A DNA stretch of 64,000 nt, from assembly GCF_963921235.1 (NCBI RefSeq), contig NC_086097.1, positions 27,964,001 through 28,028,000 on the forward strand. Direction: 5' to 3'. The translations under genes were made by a program, and so were the position numbers. The notes beneath the pieces are model-generated. The model did not search any database. It saw only the letters and a program-made list of their open reading frames with translations, and was not told the DNA's origin. The number at the start of each line of letters is the position of its first letter. Positions within the stretch are counted from its first letter, which is position 1. This stretch comes from Mobula hypostoma. Its lineage: Eukaryota. Shown here in pieces: positions 25,639 through 37,586 of this stretch.

Positions 25639-26719
25639 AAATGGACTTCAACAAGACACTTCACATGGTCCTATATGGAAGGTTGGCCAAGGAGTGCCAA
25701 GTCATTTGGCATTTATAATGAGTATATTGGGCCAGCAGGAAAAATAGGCTGAACAATGGCAGATGGTATTTAATGCAGACAAATGTGAGGTGTTGCACCT
25801 GGGAGGACGAACCAGGGTAGGTCTTGCATTGGCCCCTGAGGAGTACGGTAGAAGAAAGGGATCTGGGAATACAGGTCCATAATACATTGAAAGTGATATC
25901 ATAGGTACATGGGGTCATTATGAAAGCTTTGGGCATATTGGCTTTCATAAATCAAAGTACTGAGTTGACACGTTATGTTGAAGTTGTACAAGATGTTGCT
26001 GAGGCATAATTTGGAGTATTGTGCACAGTTTAGATCACCTACCTACAGGAAAGATGCAAATAAAGTTGAAAGAGTACAGAGAAAATTTACAAGGATATTG
26101 CTGGGACTGAAAGGCCCGAGTTGTAAGGAAAGATTGAAAAGGTTAGGACTTTATTCCTTGGCAGGTAGAAGTTTGAGGGGAGATTTGATACAAGTGCACA
26201 AAATTATGAGGGGTATAGATAGGGTAAATTCAAGCAGGCTTTTTCCACTAAGGTTGGGCGAGACTACAACTAGAGGACATAGGTTAAGGGTGCAAGGTGA
26301 AATATTTAAGGGGAACATGAGGGGAAATTTCTTCACAGAGTGGTGAGAGTGTGAAATGAACTACAAGTGCAAGTGGTAGATGCGATTTTGATTTCAATGT
26401 TCAAGAGAAGTTTAGATAGGTAGATGAATTGGAGGGTTATGGAGGGCTATGAGCTGGGTGCACATCAATGGGACTAGGCAGTTTAAATGGCTTGGAACAG
26501 ACCAGCTGGGCCAAATGGCCTGTTTGTATTGTTTTCTAGGATTCTAAATCACTAAAGTTAATTTTTGCAATCCCTTCCACTTTAGTTATGAGAAACCACT
26601 TGCATCAGTTTCATAAAAACACTTAAGCAAAAAAAAAACTGGCGTATGACTAGTACCATTTTTAGAGTGCCTCTCACTTCCATTTTAGGAAGCTCCAAAC
26701 TGCTTCCCCCCACCAACAA

Positions 26720-27030
26720 AAGTTAGCTTTATTTATCACATGTGCATCAAAACATACAGTAAAATGCATTATTTGCACCAATCAAATCAACGAGGATTGT
26801 GTTGGACAAGTGTTGCCTCACTTTCGACGCCAACATAGCATGCCCACACTTACTAACCCTAACCCATACATCTTTGGAATCCATCAGGAAACTGGAGTGC
26901 CCGGAGGAAATTCACATGGTCATGCGGAGAATGTAAAGACTCCTCACAGGCAGACATGGGATTTGAATCCCAATCATTGAGGACTGGCGCTTTGAAGCAA
27001 CTGGGCCAACCACTACGTTATTGTGCCAAC
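26720..27030 (-). mobile_element. V-SINE/HE1-like SINE
   Basis: ttagctttatttatcacatg tail; aggaaactggagtgcccggaggaaa. Confidence 0.7.
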
Positions 27031-27147
27031 TCTTTTTTTAAAAAAAGGTTTTCATATTAACAGTTTTTTTTCAGCTCAGTCATTATAGCACTACAGGAAA
27101 ATAGGCAGGAAAGTTTACACAGCAAGATCCCATAAATGTCAGCAAAA

Positions 27148-27330
27148 ATGTTCAAAGTAAATTATCATAATACATGTATGTCACCATATACTACCCTGAA
27201 ATTCACTTTCTTACATGCTTTCACAGTAAAACAAAGAAATGCAATAGAATCAATGAAAAACCATACATGCAGACTGATAACCAATGGCCAAAAAAAAAAT
27301 GTGCAAATACAAAATAATAATAATGAATTT
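27148..27330 (-). mobile_element. Rex1-type LINE 3' UTR fragment
   Basis: ttcaaagtaaattatc...tgtcaccatatactaccctga is the reverse complement of the 3' end at 53910-53970. Confidence 0.6.
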
Positions 27331-28202
27331 TTAACATCTTTACCAAATGACAACACACTCAATCAGGTGTCAGTCAGATAGATGAGTATTACAAGTTGGT
27401 AAAAGCAAAAGTACAAAATACATCACAAAGGAAAAAGGTTCCAATTGTTCTGATGGCTGGATACTTTTTCGCAGAACATTTTGTGCACATTCGTTTGTTA
27501 TTTAACTTTGTCTACGTTTCAAATGTAAAAACATAATACTGAATTGTACAGAACAAATATGAAACAGTATGGAATTCAAAAAATCTGAATCAACAGGAAA
27601 AGAATGGAAAAAGAGCCATCTGGGAGGCCAGAACAATCACTCTATTGTTCATTGACTTCTGAAGTTTTCTTTGACCCCAACTGTGTCAAGCAGATGGCAC
27701 ATTACTGACATTTTCAAGTCAGTAACATTGGACTGTACATCACTACAGTTGCAAACATGTACAAAACTGGCCAGGTGAAGTGAAATGGACAGTTTGCCAA
27801 CAAAACTCTGTTAATAGTCCCAACTGTAAGAAATTCCAAAGACAAACAATTGCTAACTATTTTCAACACGTAACTTGCAACACAAAAGCCAAACAAGTTA
27901 ATTCCCCATTCAAGGATTTCTTATAATTTTCAGAGTTATAAGCACATAAACCCAGAAGACTGCATTTGAGAAGTCTTACAATAAAGGCCATTAAACTCAA
28001 AGCATATGGAATTCAGAAAAAAATGGAAATAAATGCTAGTGGAAATAGAAACAGCATCTGATATTTCATGCAGACAATGGCAACACGTTGCATAAAGGAG
28101 GAAGCGTATTCAAAGCTTTCTCCATGGTGTTGAAATAACTATGGACAGAATTGAAAAGGACAAACAAGATGAACTCAACAAGTCAGGCGGCATCTCTAGA
28201 GA

Positions 28203-28740
28203 GGGCAGCATGGTAGTGTAGCTTAACATATCGCTTTACACCGCCCGCAATCAGCAATTTGGTTTCAATTCCCGCTGCTATCGGCAAGTTCTCCCTGTAA
28301 CCGTATGGGTTTCCTCTGGGTGCTCTAGTTTCCTTCAAAAATCCAAACCCATACAGGCTAAGACTACTAAGTTGGCGTTAGACACGTGGCAGCATGTGAG
28401 CAGCCCCCAGCACAATTTTTGAATGTGCATTGACACAACAATGTATTTCACTGAACACACGAGGAAACCTGCAGATGCTGGAATTTCAAGCAACACAAAT
28501 AAAAATTGCTGGTGAACGCAGCAGGCCAGGCAGCATCTATGGGAAGAGGTACAGTCGACTCTTCCTCAGGACTAAGTGAAAGAAGAGATGTAAGTTAGTC
28601 CTGACGAAGGATCTCGGCCTGAAACGTCAACTGTACCTCTTCCTATAGATGCTGCCTGGCCTGCTGCACTTACCAGCAATTTTTGTGTGTCGCAATATAT
28701 TTCACTGTATGCTTCAATGTGACAAATAAAGCTAATTGTT
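28203..28740 (+). mobile_element. V-SINE/HE1-like SINE interrupted by a mini-PLE hairpin
   Basis: A-box-like tggtagtgtagc, B-box-like ggtttcaattccc, gggtttcctctgggtgctctagtttcc, tail tgtgacaaataaagctaat. Confidence 0.72.
28454..28692. mobile_element. Mini PLE-derived inverted-repeat insertion carrying a hammerhead motif (28596-28633)
   Basis: TSD caat(g/a)tatttcactg at 28439-28453 and 28693-28707; arms at about 28500-28559 and 28625-28684 are reverse complements. Confidence 0.85.
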
Positions 28741-28749
28741 TTAAAAAAG

Positions 28750-28985
28750 GTGGAGTTGACATTTCAGGTCGAGACCCTTCATCTGAAGTGAAAGATAGAG
28801 GGGAGATAGTCCGTATAAAAAGGTGAAGGTGGAAAGAAGAAAAGAGAAGTGATAGGTGGATCCAGATGAGGAGAGGCGATAAGCAAATGGAGGAGGGAAG
28901 AGTGGGAAGAGTGACAGAGATTGGGAGGTGATGGGTGGGGACACAAAGGACTGCAGATGGAATCCAATGAGAGGAAGGTGAAGCA
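28750..28985 (-). mobile_element. Old PLE pseudo-LTR fragment
   Basis: gttgacatttcaggtcgagacccttcatctg followed by a purine-rich tract. Confidence 0.6.
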
Positions 28986-29079
28986 TTTCTAGCAGACTTC
29001 TTTCTCAAAGTAATCAATCACGAGAGCAAAAATTAACAATGGAAACAGAATACCAAACTGCAGAGGCAGAAGAGTAACT

Positions 29080-29515
29080 CAGAATCAGAACCAGGTTTAT
29101 TATCACCAACATGTGACGTGAAATTTGTTAACTTAGCAGCAGCAGTTCAACGCTGTACATAATCTAGTGGAGAGAGAAAAAAAATAGAACATAATAATAA
29201 GTAAATCAATTACATATATTGAATAGATTTTTAAAAATGTGCAAAAACAGAAATACTGTATATTAAAAAAAAGTGAGGTAGTGTCCAAAGATTCAATGTC
29301 CTTTTAGGAATCTGATGGCAGAGGGGAAGAAGCCGTTCCTGAATTGCTGAGTGCGTGCCTTCAGGCTTCTGTATCTCCTACTGATGGTAGCAGTGAGAAA
29401 AGGGCATGTCCTGGGTGCTGGAGGTCCTTAATAATGGACGCTGCTTTTCTGAGACATCGCTCCCTAAAGATATGCTGGGTACTTCATGGGCTAGTGCCCA
29501 AGATGGAGCTGACTA
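29080..29515 (-). mobile_element. Rex1/Babar-type LINE 3' end
   Basis: tcagaatcagaaccaggtttattatc tail; reverse strand reads AASIIKDLQHPGHALFSLLPS. Confidence 0.75.
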
Positions 29516-30430
29516 GAAAGCCCCCTCCATTACTCTCTGTGCACCCAGGACTGTGTCGGCACCCACAGCTCTGAACCATTAATTAAATTTGCAGATGATA
29601 CTACATTGATTGGCCTCATCTCAAATAATAATGAGGCAGCCTACAGAAAAGAAGTCATCACTTGACACAGTGGTATCAAGAAAACTACCTCTCCCTCAAT
29701 GTCGCAAAAACCAAAGGACCTGGTTGGGGACTACAGGAGGAACAGACACAGGCTCAGCCCTATTGACGTCAATGGATCTGAGGTTGACAGAGTAAACAGC
29801 TTTTAGTTCCTCAGTAAACACATCACCGGGAATCTCACTTGGTCTGTACATACTGGCTGTATGGTAGAGAAAAGCACAACAGTGTCTCTTTCACCTCAAA
29901 CGGTTGAAGTAGTTCAGCACGAGTCCCCAAATCCTAAGGACTTTCCATAGGGGTACAATTGAGAGCATCCTGACTGGCTGTATCACTGCCTGGTATGGAA
30001 ACTGTACTTCCCTCAATTGCAGAACTCTGCAGAGAGTGGTACGGACAGCCCAGTGCATCTGTGGATGTGAAGTTCCCACTATTCAGGACACTTACAGTGA
30101 CAGGTGCATAAAAAGGGCCCAAAGGATCATTGGGGACACAAGTCACCCCAACCACAAACTGTTCCAGCTGTTACTATCCAGGAAGCAGTACCGCAGAATT
30201 AAAGTCACGACCAACAGGCTCAGGGACAGCTTTTTCCACCAGGCCATCAGACTGATTAATTCACGCTGACACAGTTGTATTTCTCAGCTATTTTGACTGT
30301 TCTGTTGTACATCTTACTGTACATACTATTTATTACAAATTACTATAATTTGCACATTCAGGCGGAGAGGTAACAAAGATTTTTACTTATGTATGTGAAG
30401 GATGCAAGAAATAAAGTCAATTCAATTCAA
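29516..30430 (+). mobile_element. Rex1/Babar-type LINE, RT C-terminus to 3' end
   Basis: IKFADDTT; IESILTGCITAWYG; ORF 30036-30269 HPNHKLFQLL...RLRDSFFHQAIRLINS; tail aataaagtcaattcaattcaa. Confidence 0.85.
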
Positions 30431-31332
30431 AGTAATTGCAATAAAATTGTCTATAATTTTGGTCAGACTGTGCCTTGGTTGTTGCATGATTGCTGTTTGT
30501 AAAAAAATAATACTGGAAGCCAAGCATTGTGGCATTAGAGATATCTATTCAAAGTATAAACTGCAGTGTTTAAATTGATTAAAATCACAGAGGAAGCATT
30601 TTCTAACTGATTCAACAATCAGTTATTGAGACAAAAAAGGCTTAAATTATTTAATAAATAGTGTTACACATACAAAGTGCTAGAGGAATTCAGCAGGTCA
30701 GGCAGTATCTATTGAGGGGAATAAACAGTCATCATTTCAGGCCAAGACGCTCGCAAGAGAAGAGGACACATTGGATGTATGAATTAAAAGGGCTGAAGGT
30801 CTTTCTTATCTGTGTATTTTGATGACATTGTGAATTTCAAGGTAAACATGGTATGAGACAATTTAAAAAAGTTACTGAAAATTTTAAACAGGTCACATCA
30901 AATTACTCAATTATTATGTATTTAACACCCCCCATAAATTAACATGTGAACTGTACTCTTTAAAACAAAGAACCGGAGATGGTGCAAAAAAGACAAAAAC
31001 AAAAAAATACTGGAAACACTCAGGTCAGGCAGCATCTGCGCAAAGAATGAAAATCAATGCTTCAGGTTGAAGACCTTACATCTGGGATTGCTCTCCTGTT
31101 AAGAGTGAGTAGCCTGGGATTATAATTTTGTTTAATTATTACAAATCACTGACTGTTAGAAATCTCTGACCATAGATGCAAATCATTTACAGCTATTTCT
31201 CTAAATTAGTTCATACTTAGGAATGATTTTATTTTATTTAGAGATACAGCACGGTAACAAGCCTGACCTAATAAATCCATGCCACCCATTTACACCTATA
31301 TGACTAATTAACTTCAGCAAAATTTTTGTATG

Positions 31333-32100
31333 CAGTGGATTATGGTTAATTGTGGCACACTGGAACCAATAAATTTTGGCCCAGCTCAGCGACTGCACTA
31401 ATTAGCCAAAGTTTCCTGGAAATAGTTTAAAAAGTTTTTAAAATGGTAAATTGAGTAAGAAATTGTGTATTTAAATGAAATACAGAACAAATTAGAACAC
31501 TGCCAATAATACTACACTACTATAAAACAGTTGCAGGAGGAATTCACCTGTGTCACATTCTTTTAACAGTAAATGAACAAAACCAGGCAGACATCTAGTG
31601 TAGATAATGGACTGCCTTCATACGATGCTGTCAATGATTGCTTGCTCCAAATCTTCATTTTCATTGTAACATTCAGGATGATTGTCGATACCTTCAAATT
31701 CTTTGTAATTTCTAACTTGAAGTAGTGAAATAGTTTCATTTTCATTCATGGCCATTTCTGGCATCTCCAAGCTTGAATGCTTAACAGTGAGCAAAACAGT
31801 TCTGAATTGATGATTTCTCACCAACTATCAGTGACAAAAATTGTTGCTTTTTGAACATAAATATACACAACGGATACAATCAAAACATTGCGTTGTATCT
31901 AAAGGCCACACAGCACATGTGACTAACCCTAGTTAGAAGCTGTTCGGCATCAGTCTCCTGTACCCAATTAAGAAGCATAGTGTCCCAAATAAACAAAGGG
32001 AATCTTGATTATTTTCTCGATTAGCTTTTGTTCTTTAAGAGTTGTCCCAGATAAGTAGCTGCCCTGATTAACCGATGGCCCAACTGATCGGAATCCACTA
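31333..32100 (-). mobile_element. Tigger/pogo-like non-autonomous DNA transposon
   Basis: Imperfect TIRs cagtggattatggttaattg / caactgatcggaatccacta, TA on the right flank; acidic ORF 31618-31824 resembles a pogo transposase C-terminus. Confidence 0.55.
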
Positions 32101-32924
32101 TATTTACAACTTAGTTGTATTCTTGAGAGAATGATCCAATTGATACCAAATCTTCCTGCGATCTCAGTTCCCTTTATAGCATGGACACCTTTGAACTAAA
32201 AGGCACAGTGTTCAGCAACACTTTCTGCTCCTTTATAAGCAAAGTTTCACAGAGACAAGAAAACAATTGCTTATACATGTGCATAGACCAAAAGAGACTG
32301 GTATTTCTAGGGAGTTTGTCCCCCCACACACTTTTTGGCACATTCTTAAGTCCATTTAATAACAATGAAGTGTACATTATCTTGTAAAATTACTTTGTCA
32401 ACAGCAATGTGGAAATACTTCTATGAGAACTGCAGCTCTTTAAAGTGACTACTCACCAATACCTACTCAAGGGCAATTCTTAATGGGGGAATAAATGCTG
32501 GCCAGGCCAATGAAAGCCAAGCTCCCAAAAATAAATAAATAAATAAATAATACAGCCGAATGCATTGTTTGTGCTGGGGTAAGATCGCAAATATTGACAC
32601 ACATTCCAGTGCCGATATAGCATGCCCACAATGCTCAGCAGAACAAATCAGTGCAAAACAACAAAAAACAAGCCCCGTTCCTTTCTTCCACCCACCAACA
32701 TACACAGTCCTCCTACCCAAGGACAAGCCATCTTTGGCCTCCAGTGAATTCTGACTCAAGGACATCGGGTGTTCGAATTCCCCAGTGGACTCGCAGGAAT
32801 TTGCGGACTCAAGATTCCAGTCATCAGGTTCGGTTACTAAATTAAGATTGACACCTTTTTCTGAGATAGCAAGTTAGCACACTAATTCAACATTTCATCC
32901 AAGAGATTAAGCCCAGCCTTATTG

Positions 32925-33230
32925 GTCATATGGACATTGAAACATACAGCGAAATGCATTGTTTGCATCAACAGGCAACAGTCCAAGGATGTGTTAGGGG
33001 TAGCTCACAAATGTCACCATACATCCACCGCCAACATAGTATGTCCACAACTTGCTATCTCTTACTAACCAGTTTTTTTTGGAATGTGGGAGGGAACAGG
33101 ACCACCTGGAAGAAACTAATGCAGTCACAGGGAGAACATACAAACTGCTTACAGACAGAGGCAGGAATTAAACCTGATTGCTAGCGCTGTAAAGTTCTGC
33201 TAACTGCCATGCCACACTGCCACCCAAGTA
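32925..33230 (-). mobile_element. V-SINE/HE1-like SINE
   Basis: ggaatgtgggagggaacaggaccacctggaagaaac...cagtcacagggagaacatacaaact. Confidence 0.68.
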
Positions 33231-33589
33231 CACTGGCAGTACAGTGGTTTTCTCTGCAGTGCAATGAAGCCACAACCTAGAATTCATGCTCAGACACTGG
33301 AGTAGAACTTAAAGCCACAATCATCTGCCACAGAGGCAAGAAAAGTGCCAGAAGATGTACCGTCACTTCAGGAACCATCACTAAAGAGGACAAGCAGACA
33401 AAAAGCAGCTTGTGAAGTTGCAACTAGAAGAAAAATCAGACATCTTAGTTTACCTTTGAAAACATGTATGTAAAGAAAAATTCATAGGATTGGTAAAAGA
33501 TATTTTTAACAACTACAAATGTGTAGAATTTCTTTCTGCATATCTGAACAAATACTTACAGGAATTTTGATAAAACTTTCACTGATTCT

Positions 33590-36500
33590 GAAGATATCCA
33601 TCATCATCCTGGTGGTGGTGCATATTCCACCTCAAGCCAAAGTCAGGCAGGCACTGGAAGAGCTGAGCACTGAACAGCAGTTACTAGACAGTGCACCCAG
33701 ATACCTTCCCTATCACTGCAGGGAATTATAACCAGGCCATTTAAAGGTATCTGTGAACAACTACCAGTAACACATCACCTGTGGAACCAGAGGAACCATC
33801 ACTCTTGATCACTGTTATACCACCATTAAGAATGCTTACCATGACATTCCATGCCCGCACTGTGTCTATATGTGGGGAGAAGTAATACAACCAGGTGATC
33901 AGACTTTACAGAGGCAAAAGACCACAGCACCAGAGGTGAGGACCAAGAAGGTATTGTCAAGGGAGGTGGAGGGGCGCTTACAGTACTGCTTTGAGTCAAT
34001 AGTCTGGACAAAATTCAAGGATTCATCTGCAGATCTGAACAAATAGGCCACAATTGTCACCGACTTCATCAAGACCTGTGTAGAACAATGTGTGCCTTTG
34101 TGAACATACCAGATATTCCTAAACCAAAAGCCTTGGATGAACCTGGAGATTTGTCGTCTGCTCATGGCTAGGTCTGTGGCATTCAAGACTAGTAATCCAG
34201 ACTATACAAGTCAAGTTACAGCCTAAGGAAGGCTATGTTAAGAGTGAGTGAACAATTACAATTGAAGTTAGAGACAAGTTTGAATGTACATCAGGCAGGG
34301 TTTGCAGGCCATTACCTCCTACACGACGAAACCTATCATTATGTATGGTTGTGATACATCACTCCCAGATGAGCTCAATACCTTTTATGCACACTTTCAA
34401 TGGGAGAATAAAACTACACCTGTGCGAATCCCTGCAGCATCTGGAGACCCTGTAATCTGTGTCTTGGAGGTTAATGTTAGAACATCTTTCAAGAGTGTGA
34501 ACCCTTGCAAGGCATCAGGTTCCGATGGTGTACCTGGCAGGGCTCTGAAAACCTGTGCCAACCAACTGGTGGGCATGTTCAAGAACATCTTCAATCTCTA
34601 ACTGTTGCAGATGCACGTTCCCACCTGCTTCAAAATGTTGACAATCATACGAGTACCCAAGAAGAGCTGGGCGAGTTGCCTCAATGACCATTGCCCAGTT
34701 GCACACACATCTACTGTGATGAAGTGCCTTGAAAGGTTGGTCATTGTCAGAATCAACTCCTGCCCAAGGACTCAGACACACTGAAATTTGTCTATCACCA
34801 CATTAGGTCTACAGCGATGCAATCTCACTGGCTCTCCTCTCAGCCTTGGATCAGCTGGACAATAACAGTATCTACATCAGGCTGCAGTTTATGATTACAG
34901 CTTAGCATTCAATACCATCATACCTTCAGTCGAATCAACAAGCTCCAAAACCTAGGCCTCTGTACCTTCCTCTGAAACTGGAATCTTTGACTTCCTTACC
35001 AAGAGGCTACAGTCTATGCAGATCAGAAATAACAACCCCACCTCACTGACTATCAACACAGGCATACCTCAAGGATGGGTGCATGGCCCACTGCACTACG
35101 CTCTCTGCACCCACTGTGCAGCTAGACACAACTCAATCACCATCTATAAATTTTCAGATGATACAATTATTGTTGGCAGAATTTCAGATGGTGACAAGGT
35201 GGTGTACAGGAGCAAGACAGATCAGCTGATTGAGTGGTGTTCCAATAACAATCTTGCACCCAACATCAGTGAAAACAATGAATTGATTATGGACTTTAGG
35301 AAAGGGAGGCTGAGGGAAACACAACAGTCCTCATCGAGCAGAAAGGCAACAGTTTCAAGTTCCTGGGTGTCAACTTCTCTGAGGATCTATCCTGGGTCCA
35401 ACATATTCATGCAATTACAAAGGTGGCACAACAGTGGCTGTATTTCATTCAGAGTTTGCAGAGATTTGGTATGACACCAAAGACACTCAAATATCTGCAG
35501 ATGTACTGTGGAGAACATCTAATAAGTTGCATTACCATCTGGTATGGAGGGGATCACTGCACAGAATCAGAAAGCTGCAACCAGCTCTATCAAAGGCACT
35601 AGCCTCACCAGAATCGAGAACATCTTCAAAAGGCAATGTCTCAAGAAGGTGGCAGTTGGCCATGAAGAAATTAAAATATGGAAGGAAACATCGAACTCAA
35701 ATGAGTCAAGATGGACAGTGGAAGTAGACAAACCACTTGTCTTTTGTTCTTACCAAGGAATGGAGGCTGCCATTTTGTGAAACTGCTCTGTTACCTCCAT
35801 TTTATGAGCAGTCTAGTGAACTGGTTTACTCTGGATCAAAGTGCTTTAAAATGATGCTCTTAAAAACTGCTGGTAAACGCAGCAGGCCAGGCAGCATCTA
35901 TAGGAAGAGGTACAGTCTGTCCTGACGAAGGGTGTCGGCCCAAAACATCGACTGTATCGCTTCCTATAGATGCTGCCTGGCCTGCTGTGTTCACCAGCAA
36001 TTATTATGTGTGTTGCTTGAAATTCCAGTATCTGCAGATTTCCTTGTGTTTGCATAATGATGCTCTTAATAATCTGCTGAACTAGAGATAATTTCCAAAT
36101 AAGAAAGTACTTGTGATGTGCTCTTTGGTAATATAAAACATGTAGGTTATGAGTAGGGAGTATGTATTTGACCCGAGAAACTAGAGCCTAGTAACTGGCC
36201 GGTGTGCTCTGATTCAAAGCAAAGACATTAATTACAACATTTAAACTGATAAAGGAGGTAAAAGAATGAGGGGTTTGAATGCGAAGTATTGAGAGGTCTG
36301 GAGACTATGCCAGGGGCTGAGCGAAGGAGCTATCATTTGGCCGACAGGAGATTTCCTATTTCAGTGTTATAAATTGGAGAAGTGGTCTGAGTGAATGTTG
36401 GTACAGAGGGAAAAGTAGAATTCATGTTTTAGGTTTTGTACAAGCTTTGATAAATTAAAAGCTGTGGGATGAATTACCCAACTTTGATCAATTGATGATA

Positions 36501-36802
36501 GTCAACAACAGTATCAATCATTAAGGAGCCCCATCACTCAGGATAAGCCCTCTTCTCATTGTCACCATCAAGGTGGTGGTACAGAAGACTGAAGACGCAT
36601 TCAACGTTTCAGCAATAGTTTCTTCCCTTCTGCTATCATATTTCTGAATGGACAATAAACCATGAACAACAACTTACTATATTTTTTGCTCTCTTTTTGT
36701 ACGACTTAATTTTTTATATATATTTCTTATTGCAATGTATTGCTGCTGCAAAGTAACAAATTTCACAACATATGCCAGCGATATTAAATCTGATTCTGAT
36801 TA
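33590..36802 (+). mobile_element. Rex1/Babar-type LINE (degenerate ORF), interrupted at about 35655-36510
   Basis: PNQKPWMN; ORF 34284-34601 LPDELNTFYAHF...GVPGRALKTCANQL; ORF 35016-35474 GIPQG...KFSDDT; resumes at atcaatcattaaggagccc; tail aaatctgattctgatt. Confidence 0.87.
35864..36055. mobile_element. Mini PLE-derived inverted-repeat insertion (192 bp) with a decayed hammerhead motif in the loop
   Basis: TSD aatgatgctcttaa at 35850-35863 and 36056-36069; arms at 35868-35917 and 35950-35999. Confidence 0.87.
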
Positions 36803-37586
36803 TGAAGATTCATGTTTTATTAAAATGTTAAACTGAGAATTTCAACAAAAATGATATACACCAACTAAATCTTAAATGAACAACTTCGGAAAGATTAAAT
36901 TTAAACTTTGTAAAATTATATGTTGATATGTTTATATCTATTTATTCTCGACCAAAACATATAATGGCAGCTTCAAACTGATGTAGACATCCAGGGAAGG
37001 GGACAGGTGATAATCAGTCTTCCAGCCAGTCAGACTGCCACCCAGCTTCTGATAAAGAGTAATAGCAGAGACAGGAATTAATATTCACCTTGGCAATCCC
37101 AACTTGGGCTTGGCATCTTAACAAGTCCTTTGGTCAGCCTCTCCATACCAAGGCTCAGTAAAGATGAGACCCGGAGAAGTAGGAAGACACCAAGCTGATG
37201 AGATGTTAGTTTGTAGATGATCCTTGAATGAACCAGTATACCACTGGACCAGAGCTGTTGCTTGCCTTAACTCACAATGGAGAATCTAATTTGTTTTATG
37301 AACCTTGTCAAGTATAGGTGACTTCATGCTACCTAAAGCCTTCAGCTCAAACTGATGTTACCACCAAAAGTGAAAGCAGAAGGCACTTGATATATGCATC
37401 CCACCTTTCCAAAATGTCATTGACAACACTAGTAAACAGCTCACTGGCCACAATCAGAACCTCCAAAGCCTCAAGCAGGGGACCAGTTATAGCATCTTTG
37501 GATTTACAAAGCCTCAGCAAACCGCTTCGTGGAAGCTGCAACCAATCTCTGCTTTTGGCAGTTGACTGTGCTTTCACAATACAGCC

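Larger units (their letters stand above)
23480..26547 (+). mobile_element. CR1 LINE (RT to 3' end) hosting a nested SINE-like element and a PLE
   Basis: gcagtcaatgttgtctacatggatttt (AVxVVYMDF) resumes at 25641 as atggacttcaacaag; ORF 25975-26346 has LEYCAQF...RGDLIQV. Confidence 0.8.

Noticed and set aside
28203..28290. tRNA gene
   Set aside because: The A/B-box-like motifs belong to a SINE head; no cloverleaf could be built
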